The notes under the pieces: model-generated
What the model was told of the DNA's origin: nothing
Database searches by the model: none
What the model saw: only the letters and a program-made list of their open reading frames with translations
Assembly (NCBI GenBank): GCA_024276275.1
Contig: JAJRXM010000072.1
Location: 8,416-72,415, forward strand
Length of the DNA stretch: 64,000 nucleotides
Reading direction: 5' to 3'
From: Candidatus Zixiibacteriota bacterium
GTDB lineage: Bacteria > Zixibacteria > MSB-5A5 > GN15 > FEB-12
Shown here: positions 28,210 through 38,405 of the stretch, one piece after another
Layout of the letters: each line of letters begins with the position of its first letter
Numbering within the stretch: position 1 is the stretch's first letter
Position numbers and translations under genes: made by a program

Positions 28210-28332
28210 AGTGCTTCCTCTATTTTATAGTTAATTCATCAAAGATATGTAATTTCAAATACCTGCAATTAAGATATACAATTTTCTCTATTTATCGCAA
28301 GTTCTAATTTGCAAAAAACTGAAAAATAGCTA

Positions 28333-28360
28333 TTGACAACTGGAATTTTTTTAGTATCAT
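28333..28360 (+). promoter_or_regulatory. sigma-70-type promoter for the XRE/cupin regulator and polyamine operon (TTGACA-N16-TATCAT)
   Basis: TTGACA at 28333-28338, TATCAT at 28355-28360. Confidence 0.45.
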
Positions 28361-28427
28361 AATCCGCTTTTACTAAACTTATTGATACACTATACTAAAC
28401 TTTTGAACTTGGAATTATTGGCATAAT

Positions 28428-28976
28428 ATGAATTTTAATATCGGAAACAAGATTAAATCATTGCGATTAACATCAGATTTGACCCAGGAAGAGCTCGCCA
28501 ATAGAGCGAAGCTGACCAAGGGGTTTATCTCTCAAGTCGAAAGTGAACATTTTGAAACTTCTATCTCATTAGAATCTCTTTCCGATATTTTAGATGCTCT
28601 CGGTATTTCTCTTTCTGATTTTTTCAAAACAACCCAGGAAGCTCAGATAGTGTACTCCAAAAAAGAAAGAATTCCTGTAGATAATACCGGAGCCAGTCGT
28701 TTTGAATTATTAGTCCCCGGTTCTACAAACTACGAAATGGACCCTATATATATTGAACTGTTACCTAAGGAAAAACTTGAAAAAGCTAATCCTCACCCGG
28801 GCGAACAGTTTGGCTTTGTTTTAAAAGGTTCTATTACTTTAATAAAAAATAATATCGAATATCTGATTTCTAAAAATAATTGTTTTTATTTCACCTCAGA
28901 CCAACGACATCAGATTTTAAACAAAAGTAATAAGCCGGCAGCATTCATATGGGTTTTGACTCCCCCACAAATGTAA
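28428..28976 (+). CDS. XRE-family HTH regulator with C-terminal cupin domain
   Basis: 182 aa; N-terminal HTH IKSLRLTSDLTQEELANRAKLTKGFISQVE; C-terminal cupin (HPGEQFGFVLKG). Confidence 0.8.
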   Translation: MNFNIGNKIKSLRLTSDLTQEELANRAKLTKGFISQVESEHFETSISLESLSDILDALGISLSDFFKTTQEAQIVYSKKERIPVDNTGASRFELLVPGSTNYEMDPIYIELLPKEKLEKANPHPGEQFGFVLKGSITLIKNNIEYLISKNNCFYFTSDQRHQILNKSNKPAAFIWVLTPPQM

Positions 28977-29015
28977 TATTTTTTTATAGATTGTTTTAGA
29001 AAGCGAGAAGATAGT

Positions 29016-29411
29016 ATGAAAATTTTAGGAAGACACTTAATTGTAGAATATGCTGAGTGTAATTGCGAACTTCTAAATGACAAAACATTGCTGGAGCAGT
29101 ACCTAAACGAATCGGTACGAAAATCAGGAGCAACAATTGTCAGTTCAAAATTCCACAACTATAATCCTCAAGGTGTTTCAGGTGTCGTCGTTATTGCTGA
29201 ATCACATCTCTCTATTCACACTTGGCCGGAATACGGTTACGCAGCCGTTGATTTCTTTACCTGTGGTGATTCTGTTGACCCGTACAAAGCGTTTGAATAT
29301 ATGAAAGAGATGCTGCAATCAAAAACAGCTTCTGTAAAAGAACTCAAACGGGGCATCCCTTCTGATAAAGATGAAATTATCGCCCATAAACCTGCAGCAC
29401 AATCTGTTTAG
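29016..29411 (+). CDS. speH: S-adenosylmethionine decarboxylase proenzyme (class 1, pyruvoyl)
   Basis: 131 aa; self-processing site context VVVIAESHLSIHTWPE, DFFTCG. Confidence 0.85.
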   Translation: MKILGRHLIVEYAECNCELLNDKTLLEQYLNESVRKSGATIVSSKFHNYNPQGVSGVVVIAESHLSIHTWPEYGYAAVDFFTCGDSVDPYKAFEYMKEMLQSKTASVKELKRGIPSDKDEIIAHKPAAQSV

Positions 29412-29419
29412 GATTTAGT

Positions 29420-30586
29420 ATGACTCATTCTGTTACATTTTCCGAAGTAGAGAAAAAAGCTCACAAACGTGGAATGAACTTTAAAGAAATTAAAGAGCTT
29501 TTCTACAAAAAAGAGAATACAACTCCGACTCTTTTACTTTCTAAATCAGAAATTAGAAGAAACTACGATGCTTTAATTGCGGCACTTCCCCGTGTTAGAA
29601 TTCACTATGCTGTTAAACCTAACGCACATGATGCAATTATCTCAGAAGTATATAATAGAGGTGGGAATTTTGATGTATGCTCAGCAGGTGAAATCGAAAA
29701 GGTTTTAAAAACAGGAATTGATCCAAAAACTCTCATACATTCGCATCCGATAAAATCTATTCCCGAATTTGATTTTGCCATTGATAAAGGACTGGAACTA
29801 TTCGTTATTGACAACCCGACTGAAGTTGAAAAACTTACAAGATATAACAAAAAGTTGAAAATTATTATCCGTTTTCGAATAAACACAAATTCTACCGCTG
29901 TTGTTAATTTACAATATAAATTCGGATGTCAGCTTGAAGATGTTCTCCCTCTTGCTCAAAAAATAAAAGAAACAGGACATGATTTTTACGGTCTTTGTTT
30001 CCATATCGGCTCACAATGCACCTATTCGGAGAACTATGTCAAAGCTATCGAATCTGCTCACTCTTTAATCACACAACTTGATACAGACGGGTTCAACACT
30101 CGCCTGTTAGATATCGGTGGTGGTTTTCCTGTTGAATATACCGAACCGATTATCCCTATCAATGAATTTTGTAAACCGATTGCTGATGCTATCGACTATC
30201 ATATCAGACCGGGGATACAAATAATCTCAGAACCCGGCCGTTATATTGCGGCAACACCGACCACCCTTATCTGTTCTATTATCGGTAAGGCTCAGCGTGA
30301 CGGTAAAATGTGGTACTACTTAGATGACGGACTTTACTCAACATTCTCAGGTATTTTATATGACCAATGTCAATACCCGGTTGTCTCTAATATTACCGGT
30401 GAACATAAACTCTCTGTTCTTGCCGGACCGACTTGCGATTCATTTGATGTTATGTATGACGGTCTTATGATACCCGAACATAATATCGGAGATAAACTGC
30501 TGTTTACATCTACCGGAGCTTATTGCGAGGTTTCCGGTTCTAACTTTAATTCACTACGTAGACCCGACTATCTTGTCATTGACTAG
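29420..30586 (+). CDS. PLP-dependent Orn/Lys/Arg decarboxylase (group IV, ornithine decarboxylase-like)
   Basis: 388 aa; PLP-lysine context HYAVKPN, DIGGGFP, SEPGRY. Confidence 0.8.
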   Translation: MTHSVTFSEVEKKAHKRGMNFKEIKELFYKKENTTPTLLLSKSEIRRNYDALIAALPRVRIHYAVKPNAHDAIISEVYNRGGNFDVCSAGEIEKVLKTGIDPKTLIHSHPIKSIPEFDFAIDKGLELFVIDNPTEVEKLTRYNKKLKIIIRFRINTNSTAVVNLQYKFGCQLEDVLPLAQKIKETGHDFYGLCFHIGSQCTYSENYVKAIESAHSLITQLDTDGFNTRLLDIGGGFPVEYTEPIIPINEFCKPIADAIDYHIRPGIQIISEPGRYIAATPTTLICSIIGKAQRDGKMWYYLDDGLYSTFSGILYDQCQYPVVSNITGEHKLSVLAGPTCDSFDVMYDGLMIPEHNIGDKLLFTSTGAYCEVSGSNFNSLRRPDYLVID

Positions 30587-30594
30587 GAGTTACA

Positions 30595-31491
30595 ATGCAA
30601 TTTGATAATAAAATAAAAAAAGATTATATTTCAGAAGATAGTATGACCGACCTTTGGAATGTTTGGTATTCAGAACTACATGACGGTCTTTCCGGCTTGA
30701 CTATCAAAGTAGATAGTATCATAGAATCTACAAAATCTGAATTCCAGCGTATTGATGTTATCGACACAAAAGATTTTGGCAAGATGCTTGTACTCTATGG
30801 TTCTCTTATGGTATGCGACAATGACAACAACGCTTATAATGAAATAATAACACACATACCACTTTTTTCACATCCATCACCTAAAAATGTTCTTATTATA
30901 GGCGGAGGTGATTGCGGTGCCTTAACCGAGGTTCTCAAACATCCCGAAGTTGAGCAATGTACTATGTGCGAAATTGACAAAGAAGTTGTCGAAGTGTCCA
31001 AACGTCATTTCCCTTATCTCACCGAAGGATTGTCTGACTCACGAGCTAAACTTCTGTTTGCCGACGGAAAAAAATTCATCGAAGAAACAGATGAGAAGTT
31101 TGATATTATTATTCTAGACCTCTCCGACCCTGTCGGTCCGGCTGCTGATTTATTTCAAAAAGAGTTTCACCAAAAAGTGTATGACTGCTTAAACAATGAC
31201 GGTATCATGGTTGCTCAAACAGAGTCCCCTTTTTATAATAAGAAAACGGTCAACTCGCTTTTTACAAATTTTTCTGATATATTCCCAATAACTAAAATGT
31301 TTACCTGCTTTATGCCGATATACCCCTCATCTTTTTGGTCATTTGGGTTCTGCTCAAAAAAGTATGACCCCTTAAAAGATTTTGACCAAGAACGATATGA
31401 GGACTTAAAATTATCAACAAAATATTACAACAGCGATATACACTACGGTGCTTTTGCATTACCTCAATTCGTTAAAGAACTTTTGCCCTAA
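30595..31491 (+). CDS. speE: spermidine synthase
   Basis: 298 aa; VLIIGGGDCGALTEVLKH, DIIILDLSDPVGPA. Confidence 0.9.
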   Translation: MQFDNKIKKDYISEDSMTDLWNVWYSELHDGLSGLTIKVDSIIESTKSEFQRIDVIDTKDFGKMLVLYGSLMVCDNDNNAYNEIITHIPLFSHPSPKNVLIIGGGDCGALTEVLKHPEVEQCTMCEIDKEVVEVSKRHFPYLTEGLSDSRAKLLFADGKKFIEETDEKFDIIILDLSDPVGPAADLFQKEFHQKVYDCLNNDGIMVAQTESPFYNKKTVNSLFTNFSDIFPITKMFTCFMPIYPSSFWSFGFCSKKYDPLKDFDQERYEDLKLSTKYYNSDIHYGAFALPQFVKELLP

Positions 31492-31532
31492 CTTTATGAT
31501 AAAATTTTCGTGCAAATAAAATATATTATACC

Positions 31533-31556
31533 GACAGGGCATTGCCCTGTCTTCTT
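31533..31556 (+). terminator. Rho-independent terminator after speE
   Basis: 8-bp stem gacagggc / gccctgtc with loop att, then a T-rich tail; it overlaps the TTG start proposed by the ORF track for the next gene. Confidence 0.55.
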
Positions 31557-31571
31557 ACAAAGCTAAATAAT

Positions 31572-32300
31572 ATGAAACCGATTCTTATAATACAAAACTG
31601 CAAAATTGAATCTGCAGGAACAATTCTTGATTACTTTAATCAAAAAGGAATATCGTACACACTATTTCATGCGTATACTAATTCCGAATTCCCTGACTTA
31701 GAAAACTTTGATGCTGTTATCAGTCTCGGCTGCCCTCATTCAGTTACCTCGTATCGGCAACATCAGTTCTTGCTAAAATTATATGCTTATGTAGTCCAAA
31801 TTGTCAGAATAAACAAACCTTATTTAGGTATCTGTTTCGGAGCGCAAATTCTTGCCAAAGTACTCGGGGCTTCTGTTGAACCTAACGAGGTTAAAGAAAT
31901 CGGGACATACAATATGACTCTTACTGAAGATGGAAAAAAAGATTATATATTTAATAATATCAAAGATAATTTTTCAGCCTTTCAATGGCATGGAGACAAA
32001 TTTAAAATTCCTTTCGGAGCAACTTTACTAGCCACATCAGCAGATTGCACTAATCAAGCATTCAGAAAAAACAATGCAGTCGGAATACAGTTTCATTTTG
32101 AGGCTGACATTAACGAGATTCCTTCCTGGTGTGACACTTATGCCGATGAACTTTCAGAGTTTGGCAAAACAAAAGAAGAAATCATAACTGCCTATCAGAA
32201 AAAATTTGAAAAAATTAAAACTGACAATTTCCGATTGCTTGAAAATTTCCTATCGACAAAGGGCAGTAGCAGTAGGTCGGGTTCACGAAGCCACCGATAG
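31572..32300 (+). CDS. class I glutamine amidotransferase-like protein
   Basis: GATase1 nucleophile elbow LGICFGAQILA, later QWHGD and IQFHFE. Start moved to the ATG at 31572 because the upstream part is the speE terminator. Confidence 0.7.
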   Translation: MKPILIIQNCKIESAGTILDYFNQKGISYTLFHAYTNSEFPDLENFDAVISLGCPHSVTSYRQHQFLLKLYAYVVQIVRINKPYLGICFGAQILAKVLGASVEPNEVKEIGTYNMTLTEDGKKDYIFNNIKDNFSAFQWHGDKFKIPFGATLLATSADCTNQAFRKNNAVGIQFHFEADINEIPSWCDTYADELSEFGKTKEEIITAYQKKFEKIKTDNFRLLENFLSTKGSSSRSGSRSHR

Positions 32301-32354
32301 GCGGATATAGAACCGACAGATTTTGAACTAATTTTGAAAAACAACAATTTTGGT

Positions 32355-32906
32355 TTATTTTATTCTGTTCCTGCTTCTCAAAATCAGGATTGTAATAACA
32401 TACATTAAGACGATAGCAAATGGTATCGCTACAAATCTGTGTTCAGGGAGTAGGTACCATAGAAGAAGCACTAATACTGTTCTTACGACTGCATGGAAAA
32501 CCCCGACCCAGTGCTTAACCATCCAAGAAAACGGCATCCACATCGTTCCTGTCAGGATTCCGATTGTCATAGGCAAAGAAGTGTAATCAATAAGAAAAAA
32601 AGGAATTGCAATAGAGTAAACTAAAACCGCTTGCCCGACAGCAAATAAGAATAGATTGTCAAATGTGTTTTTTGGTTTCGTTTTATCGAGAAAGTTTTCC
32701 CCTGTAAATCGTGATATAAACAAACCTAAATATACAATACTGCCTGTACCGATAAATAGAACCCAAACTGTTATTTTTGGCGGATAGATTAGTCCGGCGA
32801 TTCCAATAAGTAGCCAAACTATTAATCCAGCTAAAGGTGTAGCAAGAAATTTTCTATTTGAAAATTCAACTCTTTGTTCTTCTAAAGTTCTGTCAATATA
32901 TTCCAC
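32355..32906 (-). CDS. hypothetical integral membrane protein
   Basis: 183 aa with about 5 hydrophobic helices; GTG start; immediately downstream of valS. Confidence 0.5.
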   Translation of the reverse strand: MEYIDRTLEEQRVEFSNRKFLATPLAGLIVWLLIGIAGLIYPPKITVWVLFIGTGSIVYLGLFISRFTGENFLDKTKPKNTFDNLFLFAVGQAVLVYSIAIPFFLIDYTSLPMTIGILTGTMWMPFSWMVKHWVGVFHAVVRTVLVLLLWYLLPEHRFVAIPFAIVLMYVITILILRSRNRIK

Positions 32907-32915
32907 CGAATACAG

Positions 32916-35591
32916 TTACCAACCCAAGATTTGTTCGAGATTTTTATTCAGCTTTTCGATTCGTTCCTGATAGTCCTCTTTTTTAGCTTTTTCTTTAGCA
33001 ATAACATCATCGGGAGCATTTGCTAAAAAGTCAGGATTAGCAAGTTTACGAGAAACTTTTTCAAGTTGATTTTTCAAATTGGTTAAATCTTTTTCAAGTC
33101 GTGATTTTTCAACTTCAATATCTATAAGTCCTTCGAGCGGAATAAATATCTCGGCACCTGAAATAATTGCCGATGCGGCCAGTTGAGGTTTTTGTGTATC
33201 TGTACCAACAAAAAGATTTTCAACTTTTATTAAAGAACGGAAATAGCCTATATGATTTTCTAAAAGTTTGGCAAACTCAGCATCTTTTACTTTTATATAC
33301 AAGTCGGATTTTTTACCCGGAGGAACATTCAACTCAGCTCGTACCGAACGAACGGCAGTTACAACTGCCTGAATTTGTTCAAGCGATTCTTCTAGCTGTT
33401 CATCAATAAAAGAACCGTCAGACTTTGTCCATTCAGCGAACAAAATAGTATCTGAAGAACCCTCAATCATCGTGTGCAGTTCTTTATAAATATTTTCAGT
33501 TACAAACGGTGTAAATGGATGCATCAATATTAAAATCTGATTGAGAACATAAGCCGCAACATTGAGTGAGCCTTCTCGTATCTCTTACCCTTGTTTATCC
33601 GGTTTCATAAGTTCAACATACCAGGAACAGAAGTCATTCCATACAAAGTTATAAACTGTCTTTGAGGCAGTCGATAGTCGATATTCATCCATAGATTTAT
33701 TAACCGACTCAACCGCCCGTTGTAATCTTGAAAGAATCCATCGGTCAAAAATAACTAAATCATCAGCATTTACAGAATTAAGGTCTGGTTTTTTATCGCC
33801 TATCCGCATCATTACAAATCGCGATACCTGGTGTAACTTATTTATAAAATTCCTACCGACTTCAAAAGTATTTTTAGAAAGCCATGGGTCTTGACCGTCA
33901 GGTGTTGAAAGGACCATAGAAATTCTTAAAGCATCGGCACCGTATTTATCAATAATTTCTAATGGATCAATTCCGTTACCGAGAGATTTTGACATCTTCA
34001 CACCGTTGGCATCACGAACCGTTCCGTGAATATAGACATCGGTAAACGGAAGCCCGCCCACAAATTCGTATCCTGCCATTACCATTCTGGCAACCCACAG
34101 AAAAATAATTTCTGAACCGGTACTCAGAACTTTTGTCGGATAAAACGCCTTTAGGTCTTCTTCATTGTTCGGCCAGCCCAATGTAGAGAACGGCCATAGC
34201 CATGAGGAAAACCAAGTGTCTAAAACATCTTCATCTTGTACTAAAGACTCAGGGTCGTAACCTTTACATTGTTCGGCTGTCGGTCTGCCGACAGAAATAA
34301 ACATAGTACCGTCTTCAGCATACCAAACCGGAATACGATGTCCCCACCAAAGTTGACGGGAGATACACCAATCACGGATATTTTCCATCCAATGCAGATA
34401 TGTTTTTGACCAGTAGTCAGGATGGAATTTTATTTCGCCGTTTTTAACAGCATCAATAGCCGGTTTGGCAAGTTCGGACATTTTTACAAACCATTGGTCA
34501 GAAAGATACGGCTCTACAATATTATGACATCTATAACAGGTTCCTGCTGAAAGGTCGTAATCTTCGATTTTATCCAGATGACCTTTTTCTTCTAATTCTT
34601 TCACAAGCTGTTTCCGGCAGTCATATCTTTTGAGCCCTTTGAATTTTCCGCCGTTCTCGTTGATAGTACCGTCGATATTTAGAATATTGATTTCTTCCAA
34701 ATCATGTCGCCGTCCGATTTCAAAATCGTTAGGATCATGAGCAGGAGTTACTTTAACAACACCGGTACCAAATTCAGGGTCTACATAGCTATCGGCAACA
34801 ATCGGAATTTCACGTTCTAAAATCGGAAGTATAACTTTTTTACCAACATACTTTTTAAATCTTGAATCTTTAGGTGAAACCGCCAAAGCAGTATCGCCAA
34901 GCATTGTTTCCGGTCTTGTTGTAGCAACGGTAAGGTAATCGTCGGAGCCTTTTAGCTTATATTTTATATACCATAAATGGCTTTTGGAATCTTCATGTTC
35001 GACTTCATCATCAGATAAAGATGTCTGGCACGAGATACACCAATTTACAATACGATGCCCTCGGTATATGTAACCTTTTTCATACAAATGTTTGAATACC
35101 TGTTCAACAGCAGAAGTAAGACCGTCATCAAGTGTATATGCTGTGCGACTCCAATCGCAAGAACATCCCATTTTTTCCAGTTGGTGTAAAATTTTACCTT
35201 TATTTAATTCTGCCCAATTTTGGGTACGTTCAACAAACTTTTCACGTCCGATTTCACGACGAGTGGAACCTTCCTGTATTAATTGTTTTTCAACAATAAC
35301 CTGTGTAGCAATACCGGTATGGTCGACACCGGGAATCCAGGTAGTTTCATACCCCTGCATGCGATGTTTTCGTATGAGGATATCCTGAATAGTATTATTT
35401 AAGGCGTGTCCTAAATGTAAAACCGATGTAACATTCGGAGGAGGTATAACTAATGAATACGGATTTTTTTTCGACTTATTATCTGCCGTGAAGTAATTAT
35501 TATCGAGCCAGTCCTGATATATTTTTGGTTCTATTTCAGATGCTTGATAGGCACCTGATTTAATTTCTTTATTTTCGTTTTGCTTGCTCAT
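32916..35591 (-). pseudogene. valS: valyl-tRNA synthetase interrupted by one in-frame TAA
   Basis: ORF 33585-35591 has the class I motifs LHLGHALN and KMSKS. ORF 32916-33527 holds the C-terminal helical/coiled-coil part. Both are in the same frame. TAA at 33585-33587 is followed by 19 sense codons (EIREGSLNVAAYVLNQILIL) leading into the conserved MHPFTPFVTE. Confidence 0.9.
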
Positions 35592-35659
35592 TATCTCGTT
35601 ATTTCTTATATATGTGCCGTTCTCTTTTCAAGATTACGACAGGTTAATTTAGAACGACC

Positions 35660-35688
35660 AATGTAGGCGGATTATCCGATTTTGTCAA
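35660..35688 (-). promoter_or_regulatory. sigma-70-type promoter for valS (TTGACA-N17-TACATT)
   Basis: Minus strand TTGACA at 35688-35683 and TACATT at 35665-35660. Confidence 0.5.
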
Positions 35689-35780
35689 GATAGATTACTT
35701 TTTCCACTTACAAGTCAAATAATATATCGGATTTATTTTTAATTACGATGTTAAACCCATAAAGGTTACTATCGACAGAT

Positions 35781-36578
35781 ATGAATGATACTAAAAGTAA
35801 AGTTTTTAACAAAAAAATCCCTCCTTTTGAGCGTTTAGTAGCTATTTTTGAGGTTTTACGTTCTGAAAAAGGATGTGCATGGGATAGAAAACAAACTCAT
35901 AAAAGTCTGCTGCCTTATTTAATAGAAGAGGCATACGAAGTATATGAAGCAATTGAAAATGAAGACTATAATGAGCTAAAGGAAGAATTAGGTGATTTAG
36001 TTTGTCAGGCAGTTTTTCACGCACAACTTGCTAAAGAACGAGGTGATTTTGATATTGACGATTCACTGACTCATATAGTTGAAAAGCTGATTAGACGGCA
36101 TCCGCACATTTTTGCTGATGAAAAAAAACTCAATCCGCAAGAGGTAAGAGACCAGTGGGAAAAGATAAAAGTACAGTCGGGTGAAAAAAAAGATGTACTT
36201 TCGGGACTTCCAAAAGCAATGCCTGCTCTGACTATGGCATTTCGAATCGGAGAAAAAGCTGGCGGTATCGGTTTTGACTGGGAAAAATCTTCCGATGTCT
36301 TAGATAAAATAGATGAAGAATTAAAAGAACTAAAAGCAGAAATAATTTCCGGCAACAAAGATGCGATTGAAGATGAAATCGGTGATTTACTCTTTGCCGT
36401 CGCCTCATTAGCTCGTAAAGTAGAAATTGACCCTGAAGTAGCTCTAAAAAGAGCACTTGATAAATTTAAAAAGAGATTTTCTAAATTAGAAGAAACAATA
36501 CGCTCTGAAGGAAAATCTTATGATGAGTATTCGCTGAGCCAACTTGAAAATATCTGGCAAAAAATAAAAAAAATTTAA
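35781..36578 (+). CDS. mazG: nucleoside triphosphate pyrophosphohydrolase MazG
   Basis: 265 aa; two MazG repeats with EEAYEVYEAIE and ELGDLL / EIGDLLFA motifs. Confidence 0.85.
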   Translation: MNDTKSKVFNKKIPPFERLVAIFEVLRSEKGCAWDRKQTHKSLLPYLIEEAYEVYEAIENEDYNELKEELGDLVCQAVFHAQLAKERGDFDIDDSLTHIVEKLIRRHPHIFADEKKLNPQEVRDQWEKIKVQSGEKKDVLSGLPKAMPALTMAFRIGEKAGGIGFDWEKSSDVLDKIDEELKELKAEIISGNKDAIEDEIGDLLFAVASLARKVEIDPEVALKRALDKFKKRFSKLEETIRSEGKSYDEYSLSQLENIWQKIKKI

Positions 36579-36869
36579 TTGACAGTTGAATTGATTTGTT
36601 GTTTTATCTCAAATGCTAAAAGATAAAGACTTTTATTTATATAATTTTTTTGTTGTTTTTTGTTTTAAACAAAAGTAGTTTTCTTGTCAGCATGAAAAAA
36701 AATTCATGATGTGAAACTTTTTTTGAACAAATTAGTATAGTAAATGTTACGGATTGACATAGATGTTTTAAACATTAAGAAAATGTGATGTTTTAAACTT
36801 TTAACTAAAGGAGAAAAGAAAAGAAACACCGATTTATTAAATGTTTGTAATTTTTTAGTTTAAAATTTA

Positions 36870-38018
36870 ATGGAGAAAAAAATGAAAAAATTTATAATAA
36901 TTACTTTTGTATTTGTAATGTTGCTTAGCATCAATGCTATGGCTACTGAAACCCGTGTTATGACAATGGGTGATAATAATAATGTATTACTTGATGATGC
37001 CAATATTTGGTTGTATCCAAGTCGTATTCTTGATTACCCAAATTTAGCAACTGCTGAACTTGGTTATTGGTCAAATCAGTTTGATAATTTTGGTGTAAAC
37101 TGGAAATTTGACGGTTCCACAGAAAGAGTAATCGTAACTTATTTTTCTACTCGTAATTCAATGAGCTACAATATACCTAACTTTAATATGTCTCTTCCTA
37201 ATCGTAGGATTGATTTATTTTACGGTCAAAATTTAGGCGGAAATAAATTTGGTGTACATGTTAACTACAACCAAAGCAGCAATAAATATGAAAACAATAC
37301 CTCTTTCGGTAATTCAGAAGAAGCATTAAGCAAAGTTGATATCTCTGTAGGTTTAACTGAAGCATCGGATAAATGGGATGTTGCTCTTGACTTCGGATTT
37401 GGTTCATTTACAAACAAAGATAATGCCGGTCTTGATGAAAACGAAGCAGATGGATTTAATAACATAGGTTTTATGGGTCGTTACTTCATTCAAAGAAATC
37501 CTAATTATACAATGATTCCTCATGCAGCTATTTATACTGATAAATTTGGAGTTAAAGATGCTTCCGGATCAAATATCGATAAATTAGTTATGATTGACGT
37601 AGGTTGGGGTATGAATTTTACTCCTTCAAATCATGTATTAGGTGTTTTTGACTTTGGTGTTATGTATTCCAAAACAACTATGGAATTTCAACCGATCTCA
37701 GGCACATCAACTGAAACAACTACAAAAAATACAGCCTTACCTTATTTCAAAATGGGTATTGACGGTGATGTATTCAAATGGTTAGATGTCCGTTTTGGTG
37801 CAACTTCCTATTGGAATAGTTACAAATATGAAGCTGCTACAGTTTCTCAGACTCAAAAATATGCTTCTAACAGAACTTACTTTGGTTTAGGTTTCAAATG
37901 GGGTCACCTCAATGTTGATACCGAAGCTAATCCGGGTTTCTTCTTAGACGGTCCTGATTTCCTTTCAGGTGCTGACCAAGATATGTCTTGGAGACTTTCA
38001 GCAACTTACGCTATGTAA
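36870..38018 (+). CDS. porin-like outer-membrane beta-barrel protein (family not recognised)
   Basis: 382 aa; signal peptide MKKFIIITFVFVMLLSINAMA, aromatic-rich alternating strands. The ATG at 36882 behind GGAG may be the real start. Confidence 0.55.
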   Translation: MEKKMKKFIIITFVFVMLLSINAMATETRVMTMGDNNNVLLDDANIWLYPSRILDYPNLATAELGYWSNQFDNFGVNWKFDGSTERVIVTYFSTRNSMSYNIPNFNMSLPNRRIDLFYGQNLGGNKFGVHVNYNQSSNKYENNTSFGNSEEALSKVDISVGLTEASDKWDVALDFGFGSFTNKDNAGLDENEADGFNNIGFMGRYFIQRNPNYTMIPHAAIYTDKFGVKDASGSNIDKLVMIDVGWGMNFTPSNHVLGVFDFGVMYSKTTMEFQPISGTSTETTTKNTALPYFKMGIDGDVFKWLDVRFGATSYWNSYKYEAATVSQTQKYASNRTYFGLGFKWGHLNVDTEANPGFFLDGPDFLSGADQDMSWRLSATYAM

Positions 38019-38042
38019 TAAACTGATTTAATAGATTTATTT

Positions 38043-38069
38043 AAAGCCCGCTTTTGGCGGGTTTTTTTT
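38043..38069 (+). terminator. Rho-independent terminator after the porin-like gene
   Basis: gcccgc / gcgggt hairpin followed by T8. Confidence 0.65.
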
Positions 38070-38341
38070 ATGTTTTAATGTCATTTCCACTAACTTATAT
38101 AGGTCGCAGTTCAGATTCTATAAAATAGAATAGTGAGAAACCCAACATCTTTTTCAGCAGGAATCAGGTCCTAACAAGGTTGAGTTTTTTAATAGTTTCA
38201 GAATTCTTTTCTTTAAAATCTGATTATTTCAAACCAACGAAATGCCGACCTACTATTTTGTTTTGTGGCGACTTTATACGAATCACCACTACAAAAACCG
38301 TCTATCGCTATAGAATATAATTACAACGATATTAATAGTGT

Positions 38342-38370
38342 CAAAAATTAGTTGCTAATCCGGTGATAAT
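38342..38370 (+). promoter_or_regulatory. sigma-70-type promoter for the antiporter gene (TTGCTA-N17-TATAAA)
   Basis: TTGCTA at 38342-38347 and TATAAA at 38365-38370; the spacer ends in ATAATCCGC. Confidence 0.4.
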
Positions 38371-38405
38371 CCGCTATAAAAACAGCACAATTAGAGAGAA
38401 AAAAT

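Noticed and set aside
25281-38320. Shared 11-mer cgctatagaat at about 25281 and about 38305
   Set aside because: Matches of this length are expected many times by chance in a 64-kb AT-rich window.
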